Assembly (NCBI GenBank): GCA_012813795.1
Contig: GCA_012813795.1_4087.1
Length of the DNA stretch: 64,000 nucleotides
Origin: a phage
Strand: one strand, 5' to 3'
The notes below the pieces were generated by a model that saw nothing but the letters and a program-made list of their open reading frames with translations, was not told the origin of the DNA and did not search any database. This document shows positions 47,072 to 57,873 of the stretch, one piece after another. How positions within the stretch are numbered: position 1 is the first letter of the stretch; each line of letters starts with the position of its first letter. Made by a program: the position numbers and the translations under genes.

Positions 47072-48003
47072 GCATCAATAATTTGGTTAATAATATCATC
47101 ATTATCCGATTGAGCACTATTACCCATTTGACTTTCTTCACCAGAAAGGTCTTCTTCTTTCTCAATATCATTGATTGCATGAATCATCTCACCCATACCA
47201 GGCTGATGATTGGTCAATGGTGATTCACTTGGTTCATCGGTTGAAAGACCTGCATTATCAGGGGGAGCCATCAATTCATCATTGATTTCATTGGGGTCTT
47301 TTTCATCAGAAACACGGGTTTCTTGATCTTCAGTAACTTTTTGATTTTGCATATCAACCGGAGTTACATCATCAAGTGAAAATACATTTAATTCATTTGG
47401 TTTATTACCATTTTTTGTAATAACCAAAGATTGGTCTGGGGTTGCACCAATATCAACACCAATGACTGGCTCAACAGCATCAGTTCCAGATTGTGACCCA
47501 GGAACAGTAACTTGCATATTATTAGCGTTCTTTTGTAATTCCGCTTGTTTAAGTTTTGCTTGTGTTTGTGGATTCATTTGTTGTGTATTATTGTTCATAT
47601 TCACGGCTTGATTTGATTTTAGCTGTGAAGTGATATCTTCAAAAACCAAAGCTTTAAGTTCTTGAATACTAAGACTGGATACATCACAGTAGGTGTTCAT
47701 TGAACGATAATGTTCGGTTAATTCTTTCGCACTCATTGAGTCAACTTTAGAACACAATTCAGATGATTCATTGATGTGTTTCATAAAATTGGTTGGGCTA
47801 AAATAATTATAACTCTCACTCATATGTGCTTTATATTTTTGTAGCAATTGCATAATTGTACGGTTGTCTGAATTATCCATTGCACCATTAAGAGCAACGA
47901 AATCACCTGCATCCATATTATCAATAATAATTGCCACATCGATGTTCATTCCATGAGCATCAGCAAACTTCTGTAGTTCGCTTGCGGTTTGTTGCATGTC
48001 CAT
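47047..48003 (-). CDS. low-complexity N/Q/D/E-rich hypothetical protein
   Basis: ORF track; biased composition. Confidence 0.5.
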   Translation of the reverse strand: MDMQQTASELQKFADAHGMNIDVAIIIDNMDAGDFVALNGAMDNSDNRTIMQLLQKYKAHMSESYNYFSPTNFMKHINESSELCSKVDSMSAKELTEHYRSMNTYCDVSSLSIQELKALVFEDITSQLKSNQAVNMNNNTQQMNPQTQAKLKQAELQKNANNMQVTVPGSQSGTDAVEPVIGVDIGATPDQSLVITKNGNKPNELNVFSLDDVTPVDMQNQKVTEDQETRVSDEKDPNEINDELMAPPDNAGLSTDEPSESPLTNHQPGMGEMIHAINDIEKEEDLSGEESQMGNSAQSDNDDIINQIIDACSRMRGL

Positions 48004-48056
48004 ATATTCTCCAAAATAAAAAAGACCTTAGTCTTGCTTTATGATATTTATCACAA

Positions 48057-48449
48057 TTAAGAAAAGGTCTGTTTACTGATGCTAATATTACGAGTACAAT
48101 TCGTTGTGATAAATTTTGTAATGCGGTTATTATTAACCACTGTAGGTAGTACTAATGGTATTCCATTTAATCTCAAATTCACATCAACTGGTAATGCAAA
48201 TTTGAAAGTACTAACAATACATTTTCCCCATGACGATGGTAAGCTGTAAAATTCAGAATTGTTTCCTTTGGTCAAATCAACTTCATCTCTAACAACACTT
48301 ACCATCATTGGATAATCATGCACCATAATTGCTTCAAGTAATCGTGACAAATTCATAGCACCTGTGAATTTAGAATCGATTATTGTTGGAGTACTACCAT
48401 CACCAATATCTACAACGGTATTAATAGTGTAGAATGTATATGGTTTCAT
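48057..48449 (-). CDS. hypothetical protein
   Basis: ORF track. Confidence 0.5.
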   Translation of the reverse strand: MKPYTFYTINTVVDIGDGSTPTIIDSKFTGAMNLSRLLEAIMVHDYPMMVSVVRDEVDLTKGNNSEFYSLPSSWGKCIVSTFKFALPVDVNLRLNGIPLVLPTVVNNNRITKFITTNCTRNISISKQTFS

Positions 48450-48631
48450 TCCTTATCCTTTTTAATTTTATATTCTTTATACCCAAAGAAATTGGTTGGA
48501 GGAATACGTTTGAGTAATGGATAATTTAATCCAGTACTGATTGATGCAACTGCCCCTGCCGAGGTAGCACCTGCTGAAGCATTTTCTTTTAATTTCTTTT
48601 TCATATCAATTACCTTTATTACGTTTTTCAT
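48446..48631 (-). CDS. small hypothetical protein
   Basis: ORF track. Confidence 0.3.
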   Translation of the reverse strand: MKNVIKVIDMKKKLKENASAGATSAGAVASISTGLNYPLLKRIPPTNFFGYKEYKIKKDKE

Positions 48632-48878
48632 CCAGTGCTATATTTTCCAACCCCTTCTGAAACTTTTTGTAATCTCGGTTCTTGATACTCAAAAATAATC
48701 GTTTCTTTAAATCTTCAGCATCAATACTATTAAACTCATTATCTATACTCTCCAATAAATGAATTACAGAATTTATGGCATGGTCGGCCCTATTACCAAA
48801 ACTCTGCAATGTATCCTTCTCTGGAGTATAATTTACTATACTATCAAGTAGATTCTTTTTACTGGATTCATTAGCCAT
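48606..48878 (-). CDS. small hypothetical protein
   Basis: ORF track. Confidence 0.4.
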   Translation of the reverse strand: MANESSKKNLLDSIVNYTPEKDTLQSFGNRADHAINSVIHLLESIDNEFNSIDAEDLKKRLFLSIKNRDYKKFQKGLENIALDEKRNKGN

Positions 48879-48881
48879 TCG

Positions 48882-50408
48882 TTATTTCCTTTGATTCAAC
48901 CATTGTTTCATCATATTCGCACGATTAGTGCCAATATTAACAGGTTGTTGGGTTTCCTCTGTAGTGCTAGAAAGTGTAGCATTTTCTGTATTTAGTGTTA
49001 CGTCATCAGCTTCAACAGTACTTTGTGTTTGTACTGGTTTTTGTGCACCAGAAAGCGTGTGACGCAGTGTTTGCATAGTGGTTGGGGGGAGAGCCATGTT
49101 GCCACCACCGACCTTTGTTAGTCCGCTATGCTTGAACCCAGAACCATCGGTTTCGAATTGCTGAATGGTTGTTGCATGGTCCAACACACGTAATGAATCA
49201 ATGTCATAAGACATACGCAAACGCGAACCTACTGCACTACTGTTACGTGTTTTCTGGAAGTCAAACCACATCTCACCAGTTTCTTTACGTGCTTCAATGT
49301 AAATTACGTTATCTGCGGTATAGATCTTTGAAATACCACCAGCAATCTGACTTTGACTTTTCTTATCTTCACCCATACCACTACGGTTAAACTGGGATGC
49401 AGTGAATACAGTTAAATCCATTTTAGTTGCTAGAGCACGCAATTCTTCAGAAACAAACTTATCTTTGGTAAATGTATTAGATTTATCATTTGGACCTAGG
49501 CGATTAGATGTTAATAGATCTAAGTAGTCCACGCAAACATAGTCAAGTTTAATTTCCAATTTGATTTGTAATTCACGAAGGTAACTTTCAACATCATCTG
49601 TGGTTGTTACAGATTCAGGTAGACGCTTGATACGCATAACACCACTATTTTTACCTTCCATTTGTACTTGTAAACCGATTCGGTCAGCTTCATGTTTAAC
49701 ATTACTCAATTTGGATTCAGTCATCATACCATAGATACGGACTGCAACCAACTCTTCAGCAAGTTCTAGTGAAATGTAAGCACCGTTCAGTCCAGCTTTA
49801 GCAAAGTTTACTGCTAAGTTTTGTAGAACAACTGATTTACCACCACCTGATGCTGCGGCGAAGATTTCAAGTTCACGGCGACCGAAACCACCAAACAGTT
49901 TAAAGTCCAGTGTTTCCCAACCACTCTTGAATGAACCTTGCATCGTACTTAGTGAGCGAATTGTATCTTCTGGATTTTCAAAGATATCCAGACCTAGTTC
50001 GTTTTGTACAGAAACAAGCATAGCTTCACGAATTAGTTCTTCGATTCCACCATATTTTTTCTGATGTACTAACTCCATACCTTTCTCAACAGCTAAAGCT
50101 AGTGCTTTGTGTCGGCAGAACTCACTGCATGTATCAAGTACTGATTGCTTGTGTAGCTCACTTACTTCAGTACTATCATATGCAAAACCACCCTTAACTT
50201 CAATATCTTTTAAAGTTGGTGATGCACTATATTTTGCACTGTAATCATGAACGAATTTAATACTTTCATGAAAAGTGCTATCGAAATATTCAGGTTTAAG
50301 AATATTTTTACAGCGTACATATAAATCTGGGTTACTGAAAATTTGTGATAATAAATATTGTTGGGCATTAATCCCATATTGTTTGACGTCCACTGTGCTT
50401 TGAATCAT
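48882..50408 (-). CDS. 41: replicative DNA helicase (T4 gp41-like, DnaB family)
   Basis: Walker A AAASGGGKS, RecA-like core, DnaB-like N-terminal domain; AAGGGA SD. Confidence 0.85.
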   Translation of the reverse strand: MIQSTVDVKQYGINAQQYLLSQIFSNPDLYVRCKNILKPEYFDSTFHESIKFVHDYSAKYSASPTLKDIEVKGGFAYDSTEVSELHKQSVLDTCSEFCRHKALALAVEKGMELVHQKKYGGIEELIREAMLVSVQNELGLDIFENPEDTIRSLSTMQGSFKSGWETLDFKLFGGFGRRELEIFAAASGGGKSVVLQNLAVNFAKAGLNGAYISLELAEELVAVRIYGMMTESKLSNVKHEADRIGLQVQMEGKNSGVMRIKRLPESVTTTDDVESYLRELQIKLEIKLDYVCVDYLDLLTSNRLGPNDKSNTFTKDKFVSEELRALATKMDLTVFTASQFNRSGMGEDKKSQSQIAGGISKIYTADNVIYIEARKETGEMWFDFQKTRNSSAVGSRLRMSYDIDSLRVLDHATTIQQFETDGSGFKHSGLTKVGGGNMALPPTTMQTLRHTLSGAQKPVQTQSTVEADDVTLNTENATLSSTTEETQQPVNIGTNRANMMKQWLNQRK

Positions 50409-50426
50409 TATATTCCCTTATTTCTT

Positions 50427-51476
50427 TTACATCCATTTATCGGTTTGTGCTTTGATATAGAAAGGTTCGTCAACTATACTTTCGTGTATTAGTTGTAGAC
50501 AAAATAAACGACCATATTTGGCACAGGCTTCGTCAAAATCTTTTATGTGACGAATACCACTACCTTCTTTTACGGCTCCAAAGTTTGGGAAAGCAACACT
50601 AAATCCATGCTCCAATGCTTGGTCAATTGTCACTAAACCATCTTTATCCCTGTCTGGTACAATTACTACTTTTTTACCTTTACTCTGTGCCAGTTTGAGT
50701 ATTTCAATCTGTGGTGTAGATAACTTAAAGTTATTTGCTGATACACCACCCATCAATGCGGCATCCATTGGTCCTTCACATACCAATAAAGTTTTTATAC
50801 GTTCATCATTCAACAAATCATAATTGTACAAAATATTAGTACTTACCTGATTAATAAAACGATACGTACTTCCTGGGTCTTTTAATTTATGTCTTGCAGT
50901 ATACCCAATTATTTTACCATTCATATAGTAAGGTATAATAAATCTATCATACATTTTATGTTCTTTAGATGGACTCCAATATAATTCCAAATCCAATAGA
51001 TATGGATTTCGGTCATTTACTGCATTCAGTACACTAAAAAATTCATTGGGTGCATTATCATCTGAAGCCCATTCAAAAAATGTCTTTGAATTAGGTGGTA
51101 AATCGCGTGCTGTTACCCTTTGATATAACTTCGATGTGGTAGACTCTTGTTCAGCATAATCACCACTCTCTACCATTTCTTTTATGTAAAATTTTAATAA
51201 TTCTATATCTTTTTGTTGTGCACCAAAAGAAATGAGCAAAGACTCCATATCTTTGCTCATATATTTTCCAGGTTGCCAACCTGTCTTTAAACTACAGTTA
51301 AAACAGTTATAAGATACTGAACCATCAGAATTAAACATATGATTACCACGACCCTTTACATCAGGTCTTGAATGTCCACGAAACACACACATAGGACAGT
51401 TGTGGTGTGTCCATATACCAATACCAGGTACAGGGTCATTCATGATTTGTGCCATAATGTCTTGTACTGAGTTCAT
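50427..51476 (-). CDS. 61: DNA primase (T4 gp61-like)
   Basis: N-terminal zinc finger CPMC...CFNC, TOPRIM-like C-terminal region; AAAGGA SD. Confidence 0.8.
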   Translation of the reverse strand: MNSVQDIMAQIMNDPVPGIGIWTHHNCPMCVFRGHSRPDVKGRGNHMFNSDGSVSYNCFNCSLKTGWQPGKYMSKDMESLLISFGAQQKDIELLKFYIKEMVESGDYAEQESTTSKLYQRVTARDLPPNSKTFFEWASDDNAPNEFFSVLNAVNDRNPYLLDLELYWSPSKEHKMYDRFIIPYYMNGKIIGYTARHKLKDPGSTYRFINQVSTNILYNYDLLNDERIKTLLVCEGPMDAALMGGVSANNFKLSTPQIEILKLAQSKGKKVVIVPDRDKDGLVTIDQALEHGFSVAFPNFGAVKEGSGIRHIKDFDEACAKYGRLFCLQLIHESIVDEPFYIKAQTDKWM

Positions 51477-51529
51477 ATGTAATTCCTTTTCTTGTCTTCG
51501 ATGATTATATCACAGCTTATACCATCGTC

Positions 51530-52507
51530 TCATCGACGAATCAAAATTTTAGGAACAGTTAAGAGTGGGTTATAGATTTTACGGATTGCAGCATAATCAT
51601 ATGGGATTGGCTTAGAGATTGGACGAATACTAACAATCACACGAAGCCACATATAATTACCTTTAAAATTAAATGCTTGTATACCTTCCAACGGAACGGG
51701 TACGCCATTTTCATCTATACCATTCTCGATGTACTCTTTTCCATCCAACTTGATAATAAACCACTTATAGTTATCACTATCACTTGGTACATCATTACTC
51801 AAGCATCCTTGTAACTGTATCCTACCAATAAAACCATTACAGTAAATTGCAATAGTACTTAAACCATCAACTAAACCATATTGCATTTGTGCTCTCAAAG
51901 GCGATGTACACATAACATCAAATTCACCTTTAAAACCATCACTAATAGGTTCTCTGAACGCAGACTTGATAGATTTCCAAGATGGATTCTGATCAGCAGA
52001 AACTTCAATGCTTGGTACGAAAACAGGTGCTGCTTTGTCGGAGATAATTAGTTCAGATGATGCTTCATAATTTAAACCAGTATATAAGTACTGTGTTGGT
52101 TCAATCAACGAACCGTCCATAGTTACTTTAGTAATACTCCATCTGTATTTGGAACCAGGACTAGTATCTTGTATAATACCAGCAGGGATTATACAACCAT
52201 AATATACTTTTTTACTATTACCCAATGTAGGTTTTGCCTGACCACTGTCATTTAACCAACTGGGTTGAATCTTTTCCAATACAGTATCAAACAAAACAGT
52301 GTTGTTACGTGCATCGAAAATCATAAATGTTAAATATTCATTAGTTTTTAATTGAGTGTACTTTCCATCAGCATTGTGTACTGTGAAAGTTACGTTATTG
52401 TTAGCACCACGATAAATCGTTAACTTATCATTGTTAAATGGCATATTAAAATTGCCCAATGATACTTCCTGATTATAAGGGTACATATACACACCGTGAT
52501 GGGACAT
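51530..52507 (-). CDS. hypothetical protein (start set at internal ATG with GGAAGGA SD; track 52702)
   Basis: Track N-terminal 65 aa is low-complexity and lacks an SD. Confidence 0.5.
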   Translation of the reverse strand: MSHHGVYMYPYNQEVSLGNFNMPFNNDKLTIYRGANNNVTFTVHNADGKYTQLKTNEYLTFMIFDARNNTVLFDTVLEKIQPSWLNDSGQAKPTLGNSKKVYYGCIIPAGIIQDTSPGSKYRWSITKVTMDGSLIEPTQYLYTGLNYEASSELIISDKAAPVFVPSIEVSADQNPSWKSIKSAFREPISDGFKGEFDVMCTSPLRAQMQYGLVDGLSTIAIYCNGFIGRIQLQGCLSNDVPSDSDNYKWFIIKLDGKEYIENGIDENGVPVPLEGIQAFNFKGNYMWLRVIVSIRPISKPIPYDYAAIRKIYNPLLTVPKILIRR

Positions 52508-52564
52508 GATTATTCCTTCCATAAATAATAGGTATAAATTTATACTAATATTTATGGAACTCAT

Positions 52565-52918
52565 ATGAATCAATATAATACTATTCCACCATTTATTACA
52601 GTACTGCAATATAATGGTAAAACTTACATTGGTATCATCAAGATTAAAAGTAAGCAATATACTACTTTGTATTGTTTTGATCTTATGGATGAATCTCTGC
52701 AAGATGAATTGTTAGGAATAGCACATGATTGGTGGTGGCAAAGTAACAGGTCAATACCAGTGTGTCTTTTCTTTCAAGAAGAAATGGAGAAATTTGAACC
52801 CTTCACACAACGCTTCGATACACCTATGGTGAATTTTGTTTGTGGTCCGGTAATTTCGTTAAGTGATTTACCACAAAAACGTATTAAAAGACGTAATGTG
52901 GCACTCAAGAAGAAGTAA
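52565..52918 (+). CDS. hypothetical protein on plus strand
   Basis: Fills a gap between minus-strand genes; basic C-terminus; weak SD. Confidence 0.35.
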   Translation: MNQYNTIPPFITVLQYNGKTYIGIIKIKSKQYTTLYCFDLMDESLQDELLGIAHDWWWQSNRSIPVCLFFQEEMEKFEPFTQRFDTPMVNFVCGPVISLSDLPQKRIKRRNVALKKK

Positions 52919-53543
52919 GATGTTCAACCAATGCGTTTAATTGTACCACAATCATTAAGCTATAAGCATAAGCATGTGGTTTTTTAAAATAACGCAATTT
53001 TTTGCCCTCACTATCTAGCCCAATACTACTATAATCCCAAATAACAGATTCCACTTCAGACCAAGAGTTCATACTTTGACAATTTCGTTTCCCTGGACGA
53101 ATCATAGCAATAAACATAGCCAACTCGTCTATAGAACGGGGTTTCCAAACATTAAGTAAAGTTATATGCTTTTTAATTTGTGATAAATGATCAACAATTT
53201 CTGGTTCTAACAACAGATCCCAATTAGGCTCTCTGTTCATAAGTTCCTTTAGATGTTCTCTGTCACGAACATACATGTAAGCCGATTGTGAAAGGATATC
53301 AACCTTCTGATAACCCAACCTCTCGGCTTCTTTATATTGTATACTAGCCAATCCAGTTATTGGATCAATTGGAATATTATCAAAGTGTACACCACTATTG
53401 TGTGCAATCAATCCATCTTCTGTAATCTTTTCAGTACTTCTTACACATGGCAATTGAGCTATGACAGATTTACTATCTTTAAAATCAATATCAATATCTG
53501 TTCTAGCTTTTCTGTAATGATTAGAATTGGTTGAATCCTGCAT
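52905..53543 (-). CDS. hypothetical protein
   Basis: ORF track. Confidence 0.5.
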   Translation of the reverse strand: MQDSTNSNHYRKARTDIDIDFKDSKSVIAQLPCVRSTEKITEDGLIAHNSGVHFDNIPIDPITGLASIQYKEAERLGYQKVDILSQSAYMYVRDREHLKELMNREPNWDLLLEPEIVDHLSQIKKHITLLNVWKPRSIDELAMFIAMIRPGKRNCQSMNSWSEVESVIWDYSSIGLDSEGKKLRYFKKPHAYAYSLMIVVQLNALVEHLTSS

Positions 53544-53850
53544 TCTTTATTTGATCCTGTAATTTATTAATAGAATTTCTTAAGGTTCGTATTTCGTTTT
53601 CCATGTACTGAATCTTTCTTTTCAACTGTGCTGACTCACTAGACACAGAATGTAAACGTTCTTCATGCCTCTCGACTAGCTTAATCAATTGTTCTATTTT
53701 TACTGGATCATGAACTTGGAACGTTTTGTCACCCAATGTTATTTCAGTTATGCTTCCTTGACGAAGTAATTGTAATTCTTTACTTTTGTCCGATTTAGGT
53801 ACAGGAACGTACCCTTCTGGTATTTTATTGTATATACTTTTATTATTCAT
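53521..53850 (-). CDS. coiled-coil hypothetical protein
   Basis: ORF track. Confidence 0.45.
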   Translation of the reverse strand: MNNKSIYNKIPEGYVPVPKSDKSKELQLLRQGSITEITLGDKTFQVHDPVKIEQLIKLVERHEERLHSVSSESAQLKRKIQYMENEIRTLRNSINKLQDQIKNAGFNQF

Positions 53851-54554
53851 AAACCCACCTGAGTTAACATGCTTCTTATATCCTCAAACTCTTTCTTATA
53901 TTTCAACTTTTTAATTTCAAAAAAGCTAGGATCGATGTATTTAAGTATATATTCAAATTCAGAATCTGATAGTCGTGAGAACAATTCATTGGATGAACTC
54001 ACTGGGGCAGTCCATATCAACCAAGGTGATATTTTACCACTTTCAATCCAAGAAATCAAACGTGCAGAACTAACATTCTTAAAGAATGTATTCCACGGAT
54101 TATTTGTCATTTGTTCCCATTCTACTAAAGCATTTACGCTTCTTGCAACGGCATCGTTTGGATGCTCATTTCGTATACATGAAAGTATCCATTCATCCTT
54201 AGCTTTGTAGGTGCTCCATTGCATAATAGGAACATTAGTTCTCATAAGATGTAAAGTGAAATCATCTATATGCAATATATCCCTATTATTCAGATAGTAT
54301 TCGGCAAAATCATAGAAATCTTTAAAGTATCTTGACTTTATAAAACTAATGTATGGTTCTAAATCTTTTTTAATTTTGAAATTATTAGTTTCCATGAATT
54401 GCATATACAAACGAAAAGCCTCACGCATAGTGCGGCTATCTCGATTATCATATCTATCACGCTTTTCACATTTGTGAGAATGTACAGTATCTTCACGTTT
54501 AAATTCACGATCACAAAATTTACATTGATATACAGGTTTAGATATCTTTGCCAT
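53847..54554 (-). CDS. hypothetical protein with N-terminal C2H2-like zinc finger
   Basis: YQCKFCDREFKREDTVHSHKCEK. Confidence 0.5.
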   Translation of the reverse strand: MAKISKPVYQCKFCDREFKREDTVHSHKCEKRDRYDNRDSRTMREAFRLYMQFMETNNFKIKKDLEPYISFIKSRYFKDFYDFAEYYLNNRDILHIDDFTLHLMRTNVPIMQWSTYKAKDEWILSCIRNEHPNDAVARSVNALVEWEQMTNNPWNTFFKNVSSARLISWIESGKISPWLIWTAPVSSSNELFSRLSDSEFEYILKYIDPSFFEIKKLKYKKEFEDIRSMLTQVGL

Positions 54555-55380
54555 ATTTCTTACATTCTTCTTTGAATAGTTTCATCATTGCTTTTGAATC
54601 TTTATCTTGATAACCCATATTGTCAAGTAAAGTTTCGAATGATTTCTTAGTGTATTGTAATAAGATGATTTTATACTCATCCTCGTTCATTTGATTGGCA
54701 ACTGAACTTGGTTGTGTAGTTTTAATCAAATCAAATAATGCATTGTTTGCATGTTTTAAACTCTTTGAAAAGTTCAACCAACTACGTGGTAATTCTTTAC
54801 CACCAACCATATCCTGAACTGCACACATCAATTGATAAACTAGTTCAGGGTGTTCTTTCATATCCCAGAAACCATCATTGACCATATCATTTAACATAAT
54901 CAATTGATATTTTACTGTTGTACTATCAACCAAAGAAATTACTTCAGACCCTGAAATGCTAAAATCATTCATGGCTGCAATCAATTTGTTTGCATCGGAT
55001 TGACTCTGTACTGCAAACTTGATTCGCCAGTCGTAATCAGCATGACAGTACTTTGTTACTGATGATACATTCACTCCACTTGAATTTAATTCGGTGATTA
55101 ATTCAGTAAGTGCGTCTTTACCACCAGCTTTCCATTTTCCAAAAACGCTTTCAACTTTACTGCTTGGGTAAGTTACTTGGAGAGAATCATCCAGCGAACT
55201 TACCCAACGAAGAACAGTATAAGGTGTGAATTCTTTACGTTCTTCTTCGGTCATTTCAGAGTAATATTTGTAATCAGCCCTGTCAATATGTTTAAGAAAA
55301 TCATTAATAGAAAATGAATGACTTTCTTGTTTAATAACTTCATCAGACGATTTACTTTTAACATTACTGAAATCTAACAC
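54538..55380 (-). CDS. hypothetical protein
   Basis: ORF track. Confidence 0.5.
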   Translation of the reverse strand: MLDFSNVKSKSSDEVIKQESHSFSINDFLKHIDRADYKYYSEMTEEERKEFTPYTVLRWVSSLDDSLQVTYPSSKVESVFGKWKAGGKDALTELITELNSSGVNVSSVTKYCHADYDWRIKFAVQSQSDANKLIAAMNDFSISGSEVISLVDSTTVKYQLIMLNDMVNDGFWDMKEHPELVYQLMCAVQDMVGGKELPRSWLNFSKSLKHANNALFDLIKTTQPSSVANQMNEDEYKIILLQYTKKSFETLLDNMGYQDKDSKAMMKLFKEECKKYGKDI

Positions 55381-55384
55381 TATT

Positions 55385-55882
55385 TTATACTCCTAAGTAT
55401 AAGTCTTGAATCTTTTCGTTCTCATCGGCAAAGTAAACACATGGTGGATTATCACCATTACTCAATGGAACACATAGTAAATTCTTTTTAGGTAACATAG
55501 GAATCTGCCACTTAGTTGTAAGTGCAAATACTCTTAGTACTTTTACTTGCTCGAATTTTGGATACATCGAACGAATCGGGTTGTATACAAATGCTTTAGG
55601 CTCTTTCATGTTTAAGATGTTTTCAATAGTACACATCTCAACCATACCTGATTCTTCATCACCTAGCATAATTTGCCATCCCAATGGTACTTGAATAATC
55701 TTATCACCAATTTGAAGATCTGCACTGATACTATTAAAAGATACAGTGTTTAGAATATGTCGGAAATAAAAATCTGAATCACCATTTGCACTCAAATCCA
55801 ACACACAATACATTTCTTCTGGAATGTGTTCAGTAACCAAATCCATATCAAATGAATTATTTTCTGGGGTTAATACGTTCAT
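55385..55882 (-). CDS. hypothetical protein
   Basis: ORF track. Confidence 0.5.
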   Translation of the reverse strand: MNVLTPENNSFDMDLVTEHIPEEMYCVLDLSANGDSDFYFRHILNTVSFNSISADLQIGDKIIQVPLGWQIMLGDEESGMVEMCTIENILNMKEPKAFVYNPIRSMYPKFEQVKVLRVFALTTKWQIPMLPKKNLLCVPLSNGDNPPCVYFADENEKIQDLYLGV

Positions 55883-55891
55883 ATTGTCTCC

Positions 55892-56332
55892 TTAGTATAA
55901 TGAATCTTCGTCTTCTTCTTCATCATAATAATCTTCTTCTTCATCACACCCATAAAATTCTAATCCATAGGTATCACAAAGTTCTTGAATCTTATCACTA
56001 TCAGTATCAAGATATGAATCAAAGTTTCCACTTAGACTAACAATATCAACGAATGTTTTAGAATCAGTACTTGCATAAATGATATCATATTTTAGTGATT
56101 CAAATTTAGAATCTATACGTTGCTGTAATTCATAGATATTAACCCACGAATCACCATCAGTGTTACAACGCCATACATTTGTGTCATCTGTTTCTAATTC
56201 AGGAATATAATCCAATGAAGATACCATGTCATCCATGATATTATCATCATTCAATAACACATCCATAATGTCTAAAGTTTCTTGGTCGCAGATAAATGCG
56301 ATACTCGATCTAAGTTCCATATTTGTTAACAT
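55892..56332 (-). CDS. hypothetical acidic protein
   Basis: ORF track; D/E-rich. Confidence 0.45.
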   Translation of the reverse strand: MLTNMELRSSIAFICDQETLDIMDVLLNDDNIMDDMVSSLDYIPELETDDTNVWRCNTDGDSWVNIYELQQRIDSKFESLKYDIIYASTDSKTFVDIVSLSGNFDSYLDTDSDKIQELCDTYGLEFYGCDEEEDYYDEEEDEDSLY

Positions 56333-56374
56333 CCTTGATTTATTATACAGTCCATTATATCATAAACAGCGGGA

Positions 56375-57859
56375 TTATCCCGCTGTATTTTCCCAATCTT
56401 TCACGTCGATTACACTATGTGGATATTGTGCTTCTTTATAATATGCAATTCTTTCACGTAAGTGTTTTGCACTGTACTTATTAGAACCGCTTATATCATA
56501 AATCTCTACGTGGTCTTTATCTTCTGCTCTACGCAACCCACGTCCAATGGATTGTATCGTTCGCACAAAGCTTTTGCCTGGTTCTATCAGTACTACATTA
56601 TATAAACGTGAAATACTAATACCAGTACTAGCTACACCATATGTTGCAATGAGTATTTTGTTGTCGGCCCAGCGAATTTCACCATATGATGATTCACGGT
56701 CTTTCTTCTTCGTTTCACCACGAACAAATTCAGTTTTGGGTATCCCCAAAAACTCACATAACAATTCACCTGCTTCTAAACGGTCAACAAGCACCAACGT
56801 GTTACCAGATTCAGACAGTGCACTTATCAAAGATGCCACATATGCCATTCGGTCACGGTCAGTTACTAAGTATTTTAATTCTTCTGCATATGATGCAAAT
56901 TTTAAATTACTTTTTAATTTGATACAGTTAACGTTACAGGTACTTAGAATTTGCTTATCTTGCAATTCTTTTGCAGTGATTTTGAAAATAACATCACCGA
57001 CATTACATTTTATCTTTGCAGCCACTACTGGATCTTTCGGTATTGTACCAGTTAGCCCCCAGCGTAATGGGACATTGTTCATCACCTTCGATAGAACCTG
57101 TACCAGTGCATCACCACCAGCACCTTGACATTCGTCAACTATAACACACACAACGCCATCGATAAAATCATGAACGTCTTGTTCAGTTAGTTCGATTTCA
57201 CCCTTCTTAGTCTTTTTCCATAAAGAGTTGAATGACTGCCATGTGGTAATTGTGTGTTGGTGACCAAAATCCTTTTGTGCACCATAAAAAACACCAGTGT
57301 CTAATCCACACATAACATAATCATCATATGTCTGTTGGACTAGATCAGTACTAGGTACAATAATAACAGAACGTCCATACTCTTGGACCTTCTTGGATAA
57401 TGCTGCTGTGATTAGCGTCTTACCCGCACCAGTAGCAGCTAATAATAAACCATGTGGGTTAGCAAGGCAAGCATTAACTGCATTAACCTGGTGCTCCCTG
57501 AGCTTGATTGACTTACCTTCCATGTGGTGTCCAGCACCAAAAACCACATCACTAAAGATATTTTCATCAATAGGTTCAAAATTGAATCCATAATTTGGTC
57601 TATGGTCTTCAAGTTCAATGTCAATGTTAGCTTCTTCAAGAATAGGTAAAAGTTTGTCAAGCATATGAAAGTAAGTGCTTCCACCTAAATTCATAAATTG
57701 AACTTTTCCATCCCAACGCCCGATTCTACCTGCTGGGGTGAATTTGGCATAAGGCAACACATATTCAGTTGCCCTAATCATCTTTTGACGAATTGAAGGA
57801 GAAAGTCCTTCAAATTTACAATTAACCTCATCCAATAAGGTTAGCTTACAAGTATTCAT
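56375..57859 (-). CDS. uvsW: UvsW-like SF2 helicase
   Basis: Walker A ATGAGKT, Walker B VDECQ, helicase C-terminal motifs, UvsW-like N-terminal domain. Confidence 0.8.
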   Translation of the reverse strand: MNTCKLTLLDEVNCKFEGLSPSIRQKMIRATEYVLPYAKFTPAGRIGRWDGKVQFMNLGGSTYFHMLDKLLPILEEANIDIELEDHRPNYGFNFEPIDENIFSDVVFGAGHHMEGKSIKLREHQVNAVNACLANPHGLLLAATGAGKTLITAALSKKVQEYGRSVIIVPSTDLVQQTYDDYVMCGLDTGVFYGAQKDFGHQHTITTWQSFNSLWKKTKKGEIELTEQDVHDFIDGVVCVIVDECQGAGGDALVQVLSKVMNNVPLRWGLTGTIPKDPVVAAKIKCNVGDVIFKITAKELQDKQILSTCNVNCIKLKSNLKFASYAEELKYLVTDRDRMAYVASLISALSESGNTLVLVDRLEAGELLCEFLGIPKTEFVRGETKKKDRESSYGEIRWADNKILIATYGVASTGISISRLYNVVLIEPGKSFVRTIQSIGRGLRRAEDKDHVEIYDISGSNKYSAKHLRERIAYYKEAQYPHSVIDVKDWENTAG

Positions 57860-57873
57860 CCATGAATATCCTT

